From contig JAOUMY010000003.1 in assembly GCA_029881255.1 (NCBI GenBank), positions 26,732-58,731 of the forward strand: a stretch of 32,000 nucleotides of DNA. The letters are read 5' to 3'. The translations under genes and the position numbers were made by a program. The notes beneath the pieces were generated by a model that was given only the letters and a program-made list of their open reading frames with translations, ran no database searches and had not been told where the DNA came from. Source of the stretch: Gammaproteobacteria bacterium (GTDB lineage Bacteria > Pseudomonadota > Gammaproteobacteria > S012-40). How positions within the stretch are numbered: position 1 is the first letter of the stretch; each line of letters begins with the position of its first letter. This document shows, piece after piece, positions 29,462 through 32,000 of this stretch.

Positions 29462-31180
29462 TCAGCCGGTAATAGTACTCAACTGCGGTTTGTTTGCAGA
29501 CTTAGCAGCAATGCGCACATCCACCCCGGCGCGTATAAAGTGACGATTGATCGCCGACAACAAGGCCTTCAACGATGCACTAATCGTGTCCTGATCAAAG
29601 GCCACGCCGATGATGCGTTGGCCATCGATATTGGCGTGCACATAGGCGACCGCGACTGCATCGGTGCCCTCTTCCATCGCATGTTCGCTATAGTCAACGA
29701 TACTGATTTGTTGCCCGCAATGTTGTTGCCAGGCATCGACGAAGGCGGCCATGGTGCCCTCACCTTCACCGTGCATGGTGTGCTCACCCTGTTGATTACT
29801 AATCCGCGCTTCAATCACGTCTCGACCGTTCTTGTCGATGTGGAAGCCGTGCAAACTCAACGGCGACTGATCGTGTACATAGTGTTCGCGAAAGATTTCA
29901 TAGATCTGTGCGCTATCGACTTCGCCGCTTTGCGTCTCACTGACTTTCTGAACATGGGTCGCCAGCTCGGTCTGTACCCAACGGGGCAATTGCAAACCAA
30001 AATCACGCTCCATGACGAAGGCAACGCCGCCCTTACCCGATTGGCTATTGACGCGTATCACAGCCTGGTAGTCGCGCCCCAAGTCTTTGGGGTCGATAGG
30101 CAGATAGGCCACCTGCCAATGCTCGTCGTCTCTTTGTTTGTGCAGACATTTGCGTATCGCGTCCTGATGACTGCCGGAAAACGCGGTATATACCAGCTCG
30201 CCTATCCACGGGTGACGCGGATTTAAAGGGATATTGGTGCACTCGGTAACGACGTGGATAATCTCGTCCGGGTTAGACAAATCCAGTTGCGGATCAATAC
30301 CCTGGCTATACAGATTCATGGCCATGGTGACCACGTCCATATTGCCGGTACGCTCGCCATTACCCAATAAAGTCCCTTCGACACGATCGGCACCGGCCAT
30401 GATCGCCAGCTCGGCAGAGGCCACCGCACAACCTCTATCGTTATGGGTGTGTACCGAAAGCACGATGCTGTCGCGACGCTTCACGCGCGTAGCAAAATAT
30501 TCGACCTGGTCGGCAAACACATTCGGCGTGGCGACTTCGACGGTAGACGGCAGATTGATGATGCATTTGTGTTGCGGCGTCGGTTGCCACACATCGGTGA
30601 CCGCGTCGCAGACTTCCACGGCGTAATCCATCTCGGTACTGGTAAAACTCTCGGGGGAATATTCAAAGGTCCAATCCACATTCGGATATTTTTTCGCTTC
30701 GTCTTGTACCCACGTTGCGCCATTCACTGCAATCGCCTTTATGCCCTCGCGGTCCATTCCGAAAACACGCTCGCGTTGAATCGTAGAGGTGGAGTTATAC
30801 ACGTGCACAATAGCGCGCTTGATACCGATCAGCGATTCAAACGTACGCTGAATGAGAGCCTCACGCGCCTGCACCAATACCTGTACCGTGACGTCATCGG
30901 GAATCTGGTTTTCCTCAATCAGCCAGCGCACAAAATCATAATCGTGCTGACTGGCCGACGGGAAACCTACCTCGATTTGTTTAAAACCCAGCTTGACCAA
31001 CAAGGCCCACAGGCGGCGCTTCTGTGTTACCGTCATCGGTTCGAGTAGGGCCTGGTTACCATCGCGTAAATCCACGCTGGCCCACACCGGTGCCTGCTCG
31101 ATGACTCGGGTCGGCCATTGCCGATTCGCCAGATTTACGCCCGTCGCCGGGCGGTATTTACTGTGATTAAACTGCTTCAT
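29462..31180 (-). CDS. leuA: 2-isopropylmalate synthase (LeuA type 2)
   Basis: [75 protein letters not shown]. Start taken at 31180 ([13 protein letters not shown] upstream) rather than the track start at 31225. Confidence 0.93.
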   Translation of the reverse strand: MKQFNHSKYRPATGVNLANRQWPTRVIEQAPVWASVDLRDGNQALLEPMTVTQKRRLWALLVKLGFKQIEVGFPSASQHDYDFVRWLIEENQIPDDVTVQVLVQAREALIQRTFESLIGIKRAIVHVYNSTSTIQRERVFGMDREGIKAIAVNGATWVQDEAKKYPNVDWTFEYSPESFTSTEMDYAVEVCDAVTDVWQPTPQHKCIINLPSTVEVATPNVFADQVEYFATRVKRRDSIVLSVHTHNDRGCAVASAELAIMAGADRVEGTLLGNGERTGNMDVVTMAMNLYSQGIDPQLDLSNPDEIIHVVTECTNIPLNPRHPWIGELVYTAFSGSHQDAIRKCLHKQRDDEHWQVAYLPIDPKDLGRDYQAVIRVNSQSGKGGVAFVMERDFGLQLPRWVQTELATHVQKVSETQSGEVDSAQIYEIFREHYVHDQSPLSLHGFHIDKNGRDVIEARISNQQGEHTMHGEGEGTMAAFVDAWQQHCGQQISIVDYSEHAMEEGTDAVAVAYVHANIDGQRIIGVAFDQDTISASLKALLSAINRHFIRAGVDVRIAAKSANKPQLSTITG

Positions 31181-31405
31181 TGTGTATCCTTTTGCGCCAC
31201 TGGTTTGACCCACATCGATTTCCACCTCTGGTATCAGTTTCCATCTGGCAGTCCCGGTAAGGCCCGCTTTTCGGAGTCTTGGTCACGACTCAAGCCTGTT
31301 TAGCCGTCGTGTAGAAAGCATAGCCCAATCCCCGGGGCATTATCTTGCTATTTGTGCCCGATTTTCGCTCTTGATTAATAGATTATTGCCGATATTATTA
31401 TCACT

Positions 31406-31879
31406 ATGGCAGATAATTTCACTCCCGACCGCTATGACCGCGAGATCCTGGCCATCCTGCAGCAGGATGGACGGATTAGCAATCAAGACCTTGCGGACAA
31501 GATCGGCCTCTCTCCCTCGCCGGTATTGCGACGGGTTCGAGCATTGGAAGAGTCCGGCATCATTGCTGGTTATCGCGCGCTATGCGATGCCCGCAAACTC
31601 GGCCTGACCCTGACCGCCTTGATTCACATATCCATGGACAGACACACCCCTGAGCGCTTTGAAAACTTCGAACAAAAGATTAGCGAGTTGCCGGAGATCA
31701 TGGAGTGTTTGCTGATCACCGGCCAGAGCGCGGACTATCAATTAAAGGCAGTCGTGAAAGACATGGACGCGTATCAAGTTTTGTTGCTCAACAAAATTAC
31801 GCGCATCGAAGGCGTGACCGGGGTGCAGTCGAGTTTTGTGATGCGAAGAGTGGTGGATAGGACGAGTTTGGCTTTGTAG
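31406..31879 (+). CDS. Lrp/AsnC family transcriptional regulator
   Basis: 157 aa: DREILAILQQDGRISNQDLADKIGLSPSPVLRRVRALEESGII followed by the AsnC ligand-binding domain. Confidence 0.9.
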   Translation: MADNFTPDRYDREILAILQQDGRISNQDLADKIGLSPSPVLRRVRALEESGIIAGYRALCDARKLGLTLTALIHISMDRHTPERFENFEQKISELPEIMECLLITGQSADYQLKAVVKDMDAYQVLLLNKITRIEGVTGVQSSFVMRRVVDRTSLAL

Positions 31880-32000
31880 AAATTGAGCGATCGGGTTTGT
31901 GGTTGCGACATTTTTCCGGATCTGAAATGTTCGCTCTGGGTGTCAACTCAACCGTAGGAAGCTCTAGAGCGCACTTGGTACTATTGTTTGTTTTATCGCC

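Noticed and set aside
1-32000. Classical defence, toxin-antitoxin or retron-type systems
   Set aside because: No reverse transcriptase, nuclease, restriction, Cas or toxin-antitoxin signature was recognised in any ORF, so I do not claim a defence system.

Overview
Gammaproteobacterial-type chromosomal window, described from sequence and the ORF track only. Left to right: (1) a 5'-truncated DUF5666-type gene, a DUF6502-type gene and a second DUF5666-type lipoprotein gene, ended by a strong hairpin terminator; (2) argA and argG flanking an unknown membrane-anchored or exported protein; (3) a small helical protein and a HAMP-GGDEF diguanylate cyclase; (4) an overlapping aspartoacylase/AstE-like + GCS2-type ligase pair with a Sel1-repeat gene; (5) a minus-strand flagellar cluster in the order fleS-fleR-fliE-F-G-H-I-J-K; (6) a roughly 5.8 kb islet carrying a PKD-repeat lipoprotein, a second lipoprotein and a small beta-barrel-like protein; (7) leuA and a divergent Lrp/AsnC regulator. 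The strongest unexplained structure is that islet. It is flanked by an ungapped ~253 bp direct repeat (23109-23361 and 29196-29448, about 93% identical by hand count) that contains the 5' end and upstream region, including a sigma54-like motif, of the flagellar kinase gene fleS. One copy belongs to intact fleS and the other is an orphan fragment beside leuA. This suggests the islet inserted between fleS and leuA with duplication of the fleS 5' end. A second notable signal is a FliI ATPase whose N-terminal extension appears to repeat the canonical N-terminal helix motif. I found no CRISPR array, tRNA, rRNA, transposase or integrase.
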